Part shown: piece by piece, positions 1 through 13,593 of the stretch
Layout: each line of letters begins with the position of its first letter
Position numbering within the stretch: position 1 is the stretch's first letter
From: Tubiluchus corallicola
Lineage: Eukaryota; Animalia; Priapulida
DNA: 64,000 nt
NCBI GenBank assembly: GCA_030141605.1
Contig: JAQGDQ010000221.1
Span: 1 to 64,000 of the forward strand
Direction: 5' to 3'
The notes under the pieces: model-generated
Databases searched by the model: none
Seen by the model: only the letters and a program-made list of their open reading frames with translations
What the model was told of the DNA's origin: nothing
Program-made: the position numbers and the translations under genes

Positions 1-564
1 AGGGAGGTAGGAAGAGAGATAGTATATAAGGAGAAAGAGAGAGATAAAGACAGAGACGAAAAGGGACAAAGAGAATACAGTGGGAGAGAAAAAGGGGAAG
101 GAAGGAAGAATGAGAAAGCAGGCATGCAAAAAGAGAGATAATTTCGAAAATATTAGAGAAGATTACCCATGATGAAAATAGAGGATGACGTCATAAACAT
201 GATTCATTTTCACCACGCAGTGTCTGGCAAACATCTCAAAAGACAATTAAACCTTTTCGGGGAATTTAGAATGGCTGAAAAGAGTGGCTTTCACCGAGTG
301 TTTGTTGAGAACAATAGAACGCTTAATTTCTTTTACTTAAAATGGCGGCCACGTAACAGGGTGGTCAAAACTCCTTTCTCTTATTTACGCATTCGTCATG
401 TCACATTTTGTACGCTATCTTCTACTTACTAAGGGCCGCAAGTGTGGCTTCAAAGTAATGAAAGGGTTCGGGCAATGTTTAACGAAATTGCTGTTCTGGC
501 CTTTTTGGAGGCAGTGACGTCAGCAGACGAAGCCACTTGATCAAAATGCACAGAATTGTTTGAA

Positions 565-1182
565 GCAAGACAGGATGATTTTTCATATACTACCCCATTT
601 TAAAACCCAGTAAAAAGTGAACATTTTAACACAATTAATACTGCAAAAGCATTTCTGATAATTAAATAATAGATTAAAAACTTAATTAACGGCGGGCGAG
701 CCCAACTATTGATGACATCACAAACTAACAATTTTTATCAGCAAAAATGTACCACGAGCGTGTTGCAAGTGCTTGCGAAAGTGAAAATTGAAGTACAGTG
801 CTACTGTAAGATATACAGTGTGTTGTACTGAAACTCGAAAAGTTTTAAGATAAAAATTCAAATCTAAAATTCACCGCTGTGCTCACGGATAGCTGTCGAG
901 CGTGTGTAGTTCGTCACAAACTAACACATCTGAACCACGAGGTACAACATCTGTTTTTGTGCAATGCGTTTCCGAAATGCAGGCGGTAGTGCCCGTCTAA
1001 CTAGCGAATGGTGAAATGCAGGTAACAGTGAAGAACTAGTGGCGTGGGCGTGAAATTGTTTTTGTGTGGTAATAATTCTTTCGTCTAAGTCATTTTGAAA
1101 AAAAAACATTATGTTTCCTTTCAATATTTTAAAGATTAGACTGTCTTGACCAACAGTTTAAGGTTGGGTCCGGTTTTGCTTT
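565..1182 (-). mobile_element. Non-autonomous DNA transposon, family B (Kolobok-like ends); related copies at ~7463-7680, ~15841-16320, ~22910-23430, ~51697-52233
   Basis: Shared blocks (e.g. gggcgagcccaactatt, gctgtgctcacg, aactaacacatctg, aagtcatttttgaaaaaa) recur in both orientations; the copy at 15841 begins ttaa-aggaaac. Boundaries approximate. Confidence 0.6.
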
Positions 1183-2409
1183 AAGAACGTAGCAGCCTCA
1201 AATTATCAAAGGTATGTATGTTGATTATAACGTTGTTAAAGATGTTGTTTTTTATGAATATTTTGATGAATGATGTTCGTCCCAAAAATACTCCATGGTT
1301 CTAACAGCTGATAAAGCTCTATTGTAAGCAGAAGTCACCATGTAAATTTTCATTTGTGATTTAAAAACAATAATAATTTCTTTGTCTACCAACTTTATAA
1401 AAGCCAACATATATGTGTGCATATATATATATGCATACATATACAATAACTATAATATCTTTCTTTGTACATAATTTGTACACCTTGAGTAAGATATTCT
1501 GTCATTCTGTATTCTATTCCATTTCTAATTTCGATATACAATATATTTATATATGTGTGATAAACTTTTGACTTTATAAAGTTTGCTCCAAGCTGTTTGT
1601 TCTACTATGTTGCACAATACGATTATCAAATATATTTCTTGATTACAAAATTGGAATGGAAAGAGGTTGAAACTGAGGATTACATTAGAAAACGTATATA
1701 CCTTCAAAATTACATTAGAAAATTTTATATATAGAGAGTTTTCTATTTCAATTTGAAGGTATAAACGTTTTCTAATGTAATCCCGATGCTTCAGCCTTTT
1801 TCCATTCCAATTTTGTAATCAAGAAATCTATTTGATAATCGTATTGTGCAACATAGCACAACAAACAGCTTGGGGCAAACTTTATAGTCACAAGTTCATG
1901 AATTAGCACATTCTGGTACACAGAAAAAACGTTCTCGTTATACATGATCAACAATAGAAAAGCAATTTAATTTAACCCCTCCCAGGCTGCTATTAACACT
2001 TTCACACCGTGATCGTGCGAGGTGGTCAATAAAACATGACTGACTAGAAATTACGTTTCAATATCTATCCTTTTATTCGGAAACAAATCAAATTTTGACC
2101 ATCCATTGGCGAAAAACTGCCAATCAGAAACAACCAGCTGTGAAATTGAGCCGGATAAATCACATTACGTCTCCACGTTCAAGATTAAGACAAATAGGTG
2201 GGAAAAGCTAAGTGAATTACGGAAACCCAGTTGTGCTAAATAATAAATGAACCTAATTTGGATTAATGGGTCGGAGCTGGGTGATAGGATGGATATGATA
2301 CAAGAAGAACAGGAAGGTGAGAACAAATGAAAATAAGCCTCTTCACAGGTTCCTTGTGCGCACGCGCAGTTTCCGCAGGTCAACGGTTAGGTGTACCACA
2401 GCGCAGCGT

Positions 2410-2910
2410 CTTAACTACAACCGTCACGTAACGTGTGTGTAAAGCAAAGCCGACTGCCGCGTCAGTTCAGTAAGTTCAGTTGTTTTAAGTGGATTTTACT
2501 TAATTATTTATTAGTCTGTACGTAGAGTGGTTTGCTAGCAGGATCTTGCTTGGGAACAAGAAAAAATCAACTAGGTAAAGTTCTAGCTAGGTGTTAGAAC
2601 TGTTACTATTACAATAGTATGGGCTGCGAGACGTTGTCACGATCGCCATCAATTGCTGAGACTGCTGAAATTACAATGCGCCTTAACTACAACCGTTACG
2701 TGACATGTGTGTAAAGCAAAGCCGACTGCCGCATCAGTTCAGTAAGTTCAGTTGTTTCACGTGAACTTTGCTTAATTATGCATTAGTCGGCGCATAGGGT
2801 AATTTACTAGCAGGATCTAGTTTGAAAACAAGAAAAAATGAACTAGGTAAGGTGCTAGCTAGGTGTTAAAACTGTTTGTATTACAATAGCGTGGGCTGCG
2901 AGGCGTTGTC
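2410..2910 (+). repeat. Direct duplication, ~271-bp period (partial third copy ~17625-17770)
   Basis: cttaactacaaccg...aaagcaaagccgactgccgc...aactaggtaa...gggctgcgag occurs at ~2410 and ~2682. Confidence 0.85.
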
Positions 2911-4215
2911 AAATGAACACAAATGCGTTGTCTGGTTTACTTAACCTTTGCACTTTTCACGATCATCATCAATCGCGTGGAATTGTGAAAAGGCTTTTCC
3001 TACCATGAATAGATAATTGAAAAATAACACAATGAAAGGACAGAAGGCAACATGTCGGATGGACTTTTGGCCTACATGTAGTTGTCAAAAACTACACCTA
3101 TACAAAACAGTTTAGTCATTTTGTTGCGCACAAAAAAGACATCAAAAGGACAAAACGACTTAAGAATGACAAAAACCATAAGTGTTCTCTTAGCACCGAG
3201 AACCGAACTAGAATCTTCTGCATTCACAGCACTTATGTTAACCATTAAACACGGCAAAACTGTGATATCTCGAATTCAAAAACTTAGTATATTGACTATT
3301 TAGCAATGATGATAACCTTTTACAGGGCTAAATTTTGTCTCGAAGAATTAGCCATCTCCCCCCCCCCAAATAAATGCCTTCAAGAGAAACTGGTAGAACA
3401 AGAAAAGAACAAGAAAAGGGGTACCTGAAGTATGTTTCAGAAAAATCGCCTTAAGAAATTATATTACTTTGCAGCAATTCTGTGCGTATATCGTACTCGA
3501 GTTAAAAGGATTTTTGTTCGTTTTCATTTTAAATCTCTCGCAATACTGTTCCGACGCTAAATTATACGTTAAATTATGTCCCAAATTAAGTCCAGAAGTG
3601 TCACTCACACAGTTTGTTGTCAATTGTCACGTGCTCGCCGTGAATAGATCAAGCTTGGTGATTGTAACAGATTTTTTGAAAAAAGATTATCTTTAAAAAA
3701 TTCAGTGTTGCTTAACTTTCTAACAGAGTCTGAAAGCTTCTTGGAAGAAAGGTTCTAGCACAAACGACATTCAGTGTTGCTTAACTTTGGTTGCTACTCA
3801 GCTGTTCTCAGCACCTTAACTGGAAGTGTCAAATTGGACCAGAATTGTAAAAAGTAATTATTTACCTATTTCGGTCAACATTGCGTCGTGCACAGCGCCA
3901 TCTATAATAATTTAATGCATGTTTGTAAATGAAAGAGCTCATTAGATACTTGATTATGGCACACCTGAGCCAAGCAGCCGCTCTGATTACAGCTCATTAT
4001 CATGGCTGCAATTAACCTCGCAGATAAATCTTGTCAAAATGAACAGCGGTTGCTATGCAACGGTTTCTTACCGTCTTCTCGAGGACAGGTGCTAATTCTG
4101 CTATAACATATCTGCAGGTGACATATTATTGGAACATAATCAGCCGCTAAGAGGGGAAGAGGGGAAATTGTCTATTTCACACCAGTTTTTAGTACATGTA
4201 GAGACTACGCTTTAA

Positions 4216-5328
4216 AGGACAAGAAAAGGGGTACCTGAAGTAGACTTCAGAAAAATCGCCTTAAAAAAATTATAGTAATTTTATGCATATATCGTACTCG
4301 CATTGAAGTGAGTTTTGTTTGTTTTCATTTTAAATCTCCCGCAATACTGTTGCGACCGCGCCATTACATGACGTCATATACGCACAACGTAAATCAGGGG
4401 AGGAAGAGCAAACGTTAAATTATGTCCCAAATTATGTCCAGAAGTGTCGCTCACACAGTTTGTTATTTGTTATCACGTGCTTACCGTGAATAGATCAAGC
4501 TTGAGTTGCGACAATTTAAGCTACAAGTAAGGAAAAAATGTTTTTTTCTTTACGATTTTGTCAGGTTTATGCATGAACTTTCGTATGATGGTTTGTTTGA
4601 AATTACAGTTTCAAATTACAACATTAAAATTACATACCTTGTCTCATTTTACACACTATTTAAGCAATGGCTAAAAAATTTTCTGAAACAGCCCCCCCCC
4701 CACTAATTTTAGGTACGAGCCGCCACGACAAAGGACGTTACGCAATTATGTCCATCAAAGCAATATGGAATCTGCTAGATTTAAAGGATACGTCACTTTG
4801 CGGGGGGGGGGGGCATTCAGTAAGTTGCAGACGCACACAGACGAGCAGGGACTCGCTTTGTACGTAGAGCACATAGTTTGAAGATATTGCTTTTGTGACG
4901 TCCGTGACGTCAGTCTGGAATATAAGAACTATCGAACAGCATTGCAACCCTTTTTAATTTTCTGTTTATCGTATTTTATCTAGTAACGTTGTTTGTAACT
5001 AGTAACATCGGTTGTAACTTAATAACGTATTCTTATTAACAAGATACAGTAATTTAAAATTTCACTTAGTTAGTGACGTGTGTGCTACGAATGGTCTGAT
5101 TATTTTTTCAAACTTTACCCAATGTTATCTAAACTTGTTTGAAACGACTTATCACCCAAATGACTGCGTCTAACGGTCATCGTGGGGGTTTAAATTTACA
5201 TGTTATAAAACTGTATTTACATGTTACTGCCGACGCAAGTCCTGTATGCAAAAAGGCAGTGTATAAGTGGTATAAATTTTCAAGACGAATTTTTTAAGCT
5301 TTATGTAAGTGGCAGTTTTCTTGTACTT
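4216..5328 (+). mobile_element. Kolobok-like MITE family A, interrupted by a copied segment; partial copy also at ~3405-3660
   Basis: ttaa|aggacaagaaaaggggtacctgaag ... ttttcttgtact(t)|ttaa; TTAA flanks and a short TIR. Confidence 0.7.
4446..4957. repeat. Inverted near-identical copy of 11417-11929
   Basis: Reverse-complement match visible along the whole length; the spurious ORFs 4738..4947(-) and 11427..11621(+) translate almost identically. Confidence 0.9.
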
Positions 5329-5916
5329 TTAAGCGGCAGGCGTTTCCTTGTTGACCTTGAGATCAGGTGTCGAAGGTCAGTCACGGTCAGAGGAATTAAT
5401 AAAAACGTAAGGAAATTTCAGAGGTGTTGGTGCTTAAAAGCAAAACATTAAATTCTTATTACACATCTATTTAAAAATAAATATCTTGAATAATTTCCTA
5501 AAATCAGCATTAATAGTAAATTGTCAGAAAAATTGATTACAAAAATAGTAGAAACATTTCATCGTATTCATACGGTGTGAAATTTCAATTTAAAGCGAGT
5601 TTTTAGCTGTTTGTAAAAATTCAGTAACCTTGTCCTTTAACAGGAATACAAATTGATTAATGACTGCACCTGTTCCACTAATCTTACTAGCGTCTCTGTA
5701 AGTGTGGCCTCTCTGGGTGGCCAGGGTCACATCTGAATATAAGAAGCCTTTTACCATCGTAGTCAAGATCTGCTGTCTGATCATCACTAGGTTGAGTTTG
5801 AAGGGCATTCGTATACAAGCAAATTCTTCTTCCTTTTGAATACGCTGAGCACTGACACACATACAACTGTAGTTAAAACATTTTTAAAATATTAAAAACA
5901 TTGCCACACATGCACG

Positions 5917-5951
<35 letters not shown>

Positions 5952-6465
5952 ACGCACACGCAAAAAACATGCACACAAGCGCACGCGCGCACGCACGCGC
6001 ACACACACAACTGTAGCTGAAGAAAGTTCCCACTCAAACCGGTTTAACAATGTTTATCAATATACTTATACTTTTTTAAAATTCCACTTGCAAAATTGTG
6101 CAGACTGTCTACCATGCAAGAAAGCTGACACTGTTAACTCTGGCCAAGAACTGTTGCTCATGTACTCATGCAAAATAATGTTTTTCTGTTAAGCAAAAAG
6201 GGTTTCAATAAACTTAGGACCCCAATAACTTGATATGATACAATAAAAAGTAGCCGTCAGTTTCTTAGTTTGATTGTTCATTTGCATTCATTCGTTCGTT
6301 CATTCGTTCGCTCGTTCGTTTATTCACTCATTCACTCATCCAACTCTTTCACTCTTTCACTCACTCACTCTTTCACTCGCTCGCTCATTCGTTCGTTCGT
6401 TCGTTCGTTCGTTCATTCACTCATTCATCTCCCCTTTCCTTCTCCCACTCTCCCTCTCCCTCTCC

Positions 6466-6496
<31 letters not shown>

Positions 6497-8084
6497 ACCT
6501 TACAAGCTCTGAATAAAATGTATTAAAATTTTAGTTTTAGCTGGATTTGATGCTAATTTATTGATTTGAAACCAGTTTGTAAATTTACTGAGCATTATTG
6601 ACGATACTAGTGTCCAGTAGCTTTATAATTGATTTTTCAAAATGGCGCCTTTTCAATATTTTTAACTCTTTAGTTCACTTGTGCGATACAAGATTTATAT
6701 AAAGAATAGATTGCGTAGGTTAACTTTGCTCTCCATTCAAAGAGAATTGGTTACTGAGGTGAATAATTACAAAGTTGTAAATTACTTTGCTAGAATGAGT
6801 CATAGATGAAAGAGGTTGCTTTAAGATACTTTTTTTATAATGCTTTATTTTGTTTTCATTTTACGTTTAAAATTAAAATAATTAAATAACGTGTTTTTAT
6901 TACGTTTTGAGATTCAAGAGCTTACTGTAAAACTTTTTATTGTGTTTTAATTTTAAATACAAAATAACAATCTTCAAAACTTATCTTTCTCTTGTTTAGA
7001 TTTTAAACACAAAATTAAAATGTATAATCAAACCGTAATTGAACCTATGTTAATTACAAGAATCAAAGTTCCAGGAATGCTATCTTGCTTTCATGGCGTT
7101 TATTTGTCAAAGTTCTAAAACTTGACTACATTAAGTTGCGAGAAATTGATAACTTTTTTCCATTTATCGTTCGCGAAGCCAATTTTCGTTTCTCACTCAA
7201 TCAGACCTAAATCATTATCTTTATGCGGCGCCAAAGCCTGAATTACAGCTTGTAAATAAACTCGAATAGAATCATTCACGCGAAACGAATGAGCGTTTTT
7301 CAGATTTTAGCCGAAGATTATGCGCTCAAAATGGAGATTCGATCGTTCAATTTTTGAGCCAGAATTGTTATGCAAATGCTTCGGCATATTATTCATGTCT
7401 CCATTATAGGGAATTGGGTTTAATGAGATTGTTTTTAAAGCAAATCTACTCTTTAAAACATTGAAAGGAAACATGCTATTTTTTCAAAAATGACTTACAT
7501 GAAAGAATTATTAGCACACAAACACAATTTCACATTCGCCCACCAGTTCTTTGCTGTTACATGGATTTCGCCATTCTCTAGTTAGACGGGCGCTAGCGCC
7601 TGTATTTTGGTAACGTATTACACAAAAAATAGGTGCTGTACCACTTAGTTCAGACATATTAGTTTGTGACGAACTAGAAAACTACTTAAACGTATCAAAA
7701 TTCTAATTTGCTAACAGAGTTGTATGGATTGCTCTGGATTGTTATGTAATTCTTGCTACCAGTTTGTCAGTTTTCAGCAAAAAATTAGCTGATGTTAATT
7801 TACTGCCTTATTGCAACTTTATCCGAAACAAGAAAGAATGTCTTTGGCCTAATTGGTTCTCCCGTAACACGTATTATTGTATAAAAGATGTTGTATACAG
7901 TATATAATTCACATATAGGTACATTTTACTAGGAGCCTTTTAACGAGAGATATTCAATCATAGGGTCCTGTTTTTAAACAGATCTAGTTTTGCGCATAAT
8001 TTTATGTATTATAGGATCACCGTAAGTGCGCATGCGCTTGCTGATTCTTTTTCATACAATTTTAATGTATAAATGTCAATAAAA

Positions 8085-8126
8085 ATAATAATAACAACAA
8101 CAACAACACAACAGCAACAACAGCAA

Positions 8127-8157
<31 letters not shown>

Positions 8158-8163
8158 AGCAGC

Positions 8164-8194
<31 letters not shown>

Positions 8195-8222
8195 CAACAG
8201 CAACAACAACAACAACAGCAGT
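8085..8222. repeat. (CAA/CAG)n microsatellite
   Basis: Direct inspection. Confidence 0.95.
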
Positions 8223-8939
8223 AGATACAGCGCCATTTTACCAGTTCGCATGAAAATTTTAAATTATTAGACGTTTTCTTTTCCAATTACATAAGTCTTT
8301 CAAATAGGTAAGCGCAATGCTAAGTAATATTATATAATAACTTTCCTTTATACTTTACTTTCGTTTCACATACGTTAAGCTTCAATTTCCTTCCGGTTTA
8401 AATGTTTGTGCGAGATCACGAACAACTGCGCCATCTGTCGAGCAGAATGCCTCATGACTTGCCATTAGCAAATTATTTTTTCATCAAGGTCAGCAAGAGA
8501 TTTTGGGAAGAATCTCATCAAAGCAAGGACATTAATTGTTCAAGAAACGATAGCAGTTTGCATTCAAACGTCCTGATTAAAGGCGGCTCTACATTCATCA
8601 CCCCCCCCCCCCCCACAGACAACTGGCCACGCCCAACTGAATCCCCTAAGCGTTTTTCTGAAAATGTCAACTATGATTAAAAACCGCAACCGTTGCCGTT
8701 AGCCAGCTGTAGAGGTAATTACAAGAAACCGCTCTCCACTGTTAATTAGTTTCAGCAGGATAACTGCAGCTTCGTGGTTTCAGATTCATCACCCTATAGA
8801 GAATTGGGGCTATTAAAAGGGAAGAAAAGGGATTTTACATCAGAAAAAGAAGAAAATACATCACAAAGAACTTTTTATACAAACTTATATTATTTAGCAT
8901 TACGCTTATCCATTTGAAAGACTTGCGAAATTCTAAAAT

Positions 8940-9750
8940 ATCCTAGTAAACTATCAAAGATTTGTAAAAGTAAACTATTAAAGATCTGTACTAGTAAACT
9001 ATCAAAGATCTGTACTAGTAGACTATCAAAGATTTGCACTAGTAATCTATCAAAGACTTGCACTAGTAGACTATCAAAGATTTGTACTAGTAAACTATAA
9101 AAGATTTGTACTAGCAAACTAGCAAAGATCTGTACTAGTAAACTAGCAAAGATATGTACTAGCAAACTACCAAAGATCTGTACTAGTAAACTAGCAAAGA
9201 TCTGTACTAGTAAACTATCAAAGATTTGCACTAGTAATCTAACAAAGATTTGCACTAGTAGACTATCAAAGATTTGTACTAGTAAACTATAAAAGATTTG
9301 CACTAGTAATCTAACAAAGACTTGCACTAGTAGACTATCAAAGATCTGTACTAGCAAACTATAAAAGATTTGCACTAGCAGACTATCAAAGATTTGTACT
9401 AGTAAACTATAAAAGATTTGTACTAGCAAACTAGCAAAGATCTGTACTAGTAAACTAGCAAAGATATGTACTAGTAAACTAACAAAGATCTGTAATAGTA
9501 AACTAACAAAGATATCTACTAGTAAACTAACAAAGATTTGAACTAGTAAACTAACAAAGATCTCTACTAGTAAACTAACATAGATTTGAACTAGTAAACT
9601 AACAAAGATCTCTTCTAGTAAAGTAACATAGATTTGAACTAGTAAACTAACAAAGATCTCTACTACTAAACTAACAAAGATTTGAACTAGTAAACTTTGA
9701 TAGGTCTGCCCTAGTAAACTAACAAAGATCTGTACTAGTTATCTAACAAA
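8940..9750. repeat. 24-bp minisatellite (tgtactagtaaacta(t/a)caaagat(t/c)), about 33 copies
   Basis: Regular 24-nt period; gives the 8-aa periodic ORF LLVQIFDS on the minus strand. Confidence 0.95.
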
Positions 9751-9933
9751 GGACAAAAATTATCAGAAAGGGACAGTCTCAGTAGATATACTGTGCACTT
9801 GGCCTTTCTAGAAAAGTTTTGGGAGAACAAATTTTAGAAAATTGTTGAAACTGTCCAAAAAGCCTCCTGATGGTCATGTTTCAACTTATGTGGATGTAAC
9901 TGCCGTTAGCAACACTACTTGTAGACCGCTTAA

Positions 9934-10592
9934 GAAACAAGAGAATCCTCCACTTACTTGAAGCTTAAAAATTCGTCTTGAAATTTGTAACCACTTACAT
10001 GTTGCCTTTTTGCATACAGGGCTTGCATCGGCAGTAACGCTGTATAAAACATGTAAATTTAAACTCCCGCGATGACCGTTAAGCACAGCTATTTTAATGG
10101 TAGGTTGTTTGAAACAAGTTTAGATAACATTGTGTAAAGTTTGAAAAAATAATCAGAGCATTCGTTACGCACGCGTTACTAACTAAATAAAACTTTAAAT
10201 TACTGTATCTTGTCAATAAGAACAAAAATACGTTTTTTATTACTGAGTGGCGCACTCTGGAGGGTGAGCCAGCGACATTTTACCAATTGGCACAAACATT
10301 TTAAATGATTTTTTTCTAGTTACATAAGTCTTTCCAGTAGGTGAGCGAAATGCCAAGTAATGTAGATAAGCATGGAAAGTGTTTTGGGAGATAATTTAAC
10401 ATTTCCTTTTCTTCCCCTGATTTACGTTGTGCGTATATGACGTCATGCAATGGCGCGGTCGGTACAGTGTTGTGGGAGATAAAAAAATCCTTTCAACGCG
10501 AGTACGATGTGCGCATAAAATTGGTAGAAAGTATCATAATTTTTAAGGCGATTTTTCTGAAACCTACTTCAGGTACCCCTTTTTCTTGTCCT
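9934..10592 (-). mobile_element. Kolobok-like MITE family A, full copy
   Basis: TTAA at 9930-9933 and 10593-10596; terminus ...ggtacccctttttcttgtcct. Confidence 0.8.
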
Positions 10593-11647
10593 TTAAGACA
10601 CAAGCATCTGGGTACAGCAAGAGGTGAAGATCTTTGGTGGAAGGAAGTGTTCACAACTGTGACATCTGTGACGTCAGTCTGGAATATAAGAACTACCGAA
10701 ACAGCATTGCAACCCTTTTTAGTCTTCTGTTTATCTTATTTTATCTAATAACGTCGTTTGTAACTATAATAACTTTGCTGTTGTTCTGAATTAAAGTAAA
10801 TTGCTTTCAGGTCTTGTTAATTTATTAAAACAAGAATTTATCAGTAATATTAAAACGCTTTCGTTCGCTTCTATTTGGAATACATGTCTTAGAACTGTGC
10901 TTAAATGGAAAGATTCGCTGAACCCACATATCAAAAATTAATAGAAATAAGGTGTTTGTGGTGTCATAACGAAAGCGCCCCATACCACAAGTGGTACCCC
11001 ACATATCACAAATGGGGCGCTTTCGTTTGGACGACAAGGCATATTGGATGACTTCACTGGCATAGCACGTTCGACACACTGCTTGAACCTGGTTTCAATT
11101 TCTAGAAAAGGTAAAAGTGGATGGCCTTGTCCTTTAACACGACGGTTTATAAGCTAGTAGAGCGTACAACCAATCGCATGTCTTCTTGTAAAGGAGATCT
11201 AGGACAGACCATGAGGTGGGACCCTTCAGAGAGCTAACTAGATGCATGCTCATATGCCTACAGTCACGACTTGCTTCATTATAGTAGTTAAATTCGCTTA
11301 ATGAGTAATTAACTGAAGACTCATTTAATTAACATAAGCAATTAACTAAATTAAGCTATTAATGCAGCCTAAGTACGTGATATACACAAAATCACACTAG
11401 AATACAGCCAACGATATTAAAAGGGATTGCAATGCTGTTCGATAGTTCTTATATTCCAGACTGACGTCACGGATGTCACAAAAGCAATATCTTCAAACTA
11501 TGTGCTCTACGTAAAAAGCGAGTCCCTGCTCGTCTGTCTGCGTCTGCAGCTTACTGAATGCCCCCCCCCCCCCCCCAAAGTGACGTATCCTTTAAATCTA
11601 GCTGATTCCATATTGCTTTGATGGACATAATTGCGTAACGTCCTTTG

Positions 11648-12150
11648 TCGTGGCGGCTCGTACCTAAAATTAGTGGGGGGGGGCTGTTTCAGAAAATTTT
11701 AGCCATTGCTTAAATAGTGTGTAAAATGAGACAAGGTATGTAATTTTAATGTTGTAATTTGAAATTGTAATTTTAAACAAACCATCATACAAAAGTTTAT
11801 ACATAAACTTGATAAAATCCTAAACAAAAAAAACATTTTTTCCTTACTTGTGGCTTAAATTGTCGTAGCTCAAGCTTAATCTCTTCACGGTAAGCACGTG
11901 ATAACAAATAACAAACTGTGTGAGCGACAGTACTTTTCTACCTGGTCTCAAACATGTGTGCACAGCCGCATGCGCACAGCAGCCAAACACTACGTTGCTG
12001 GAGCGCACTGTGCTGCCCTCACGTGGTCTGGACCGTACAAGTATAAAGAACTAAAGAAAAAATAACTTATTATACTGAATATTATCGATTATATTGAATT
12101 AATATAGGGGGTGCTGCAGTTCCACAGTACCTATACACGAACTGCCGCTG
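11648..12150 (+). mobile_element. hAT-like MITE family C; further copy at ~14210-14718 (-)
   Basis: Ends tcgtggcggctcgt ... acgaactgccgctg; 8-bp TSD gtcctttg/gtcctgtg (7/8 match). Confidence 0.8.
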
Positions 12151-12679
12151 GTCCTGTGTCACTTTCATTAGTCTTCTCACGCAAAATCGACCAGTTTCCT
12201 CTATCCTCATAGGAGGCATTTGTCTAATGTCTTCATCCTTCTCTTCTTCGTGGAGTCATTTCGTTTAAAGCTGACAATCCCACCGGGAGGACATGTTTGG
12301 CGTTGTTTGTCATTTCTTTAAATTACCGCGCATTAATCCGGCTAAATTCGTGCGCGTTTTTGTTGCAGCATGTCACTTCGCATCCATTATTTAAATGGCT
12401 GCTAGATGACAGAGTAGTGTTTAGTAAGACAGTGAAAATGTTAACGGTGGAGTGGCAATATGTCATGTCGAAAACTAAGCCAGTATGGTATATCTCCAGT
12501 TAAAGTGATAAAGTTAATAAATCAAATCAATCAGATCATACCATGGCGGACAAACCAATTTGTAGTGTTCATTTGCTTGAGGGTATTAAGGGTCTGTTTG
12601 ACTAGTACAAAGCTAAAAAATAAAAAAATCGGAATCAATTTTCTATAGGCACTTAAAAACATTTATAGTTAAAAAGCAA

Positions 12680-13000
12680 CACAACTTTAATAAAGCTTTT
12701 ACTTTATATAGTTAAAATCATGCCAAACGTTTCGACTAGCTGCTGCTGTCATCATCAGTGGTAAATTTGCAAACAAACTATCAGTTTATATAGACAGATC
12801 TTATTGTGCACTAGTTAAGTATTTAGCAGAAGCCAAATAGGAAACGAATAAACAGACCAGTAGAGAAATTGATACAGTAATTTAAGTACTAATTAGGCAT
12901 CTGCAAAAAGCCAAATAGGTAATGAAGAAAGGCATATCTCGAGTTAAGGTGTTTTTACCCTGTTTGCATGGATCTGCCCTTGTAAACTGGTTCTTGAATG
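12680..13000 (-). mobile_element. Penelope-like retroelement 3' remnant
   Basis: Minus-strand KQGKNTLTRD resembles the GIY-YIG C-terminal motif of Penelope-like elements (recalled, not searched), followed by a minimal hammerhead motif. Confidence 0.55.
12723..12761 (-). ncRNA. Minimal type I hammerhead ribozyme motif
   Basis: CCA-CUGAUGA-U-GAC(AGCAGCAGCUA)GUC-GAAAC-GUU-UGG: core boxes, GAC/GUC stem II, palindromic ACGU stem III, CCA/UGG stem I. Confidence 0.65.
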
Positions 13001-13091
13001 TAAACGTAGTGTTAAATTTCCATCATAATCAATTACCCATTTAATTGTCATTCACATCTATAGTATAGCTGGCATCGACCCCAATTGGACA

Positions 13092-13593
<502 letters not shown>

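Noticed and set aside
8890-9429. 179-aa ORF of LLVQIFDS repeats
   Set aside because: Product of a 24-bp minisatellite; no splice or domain context.
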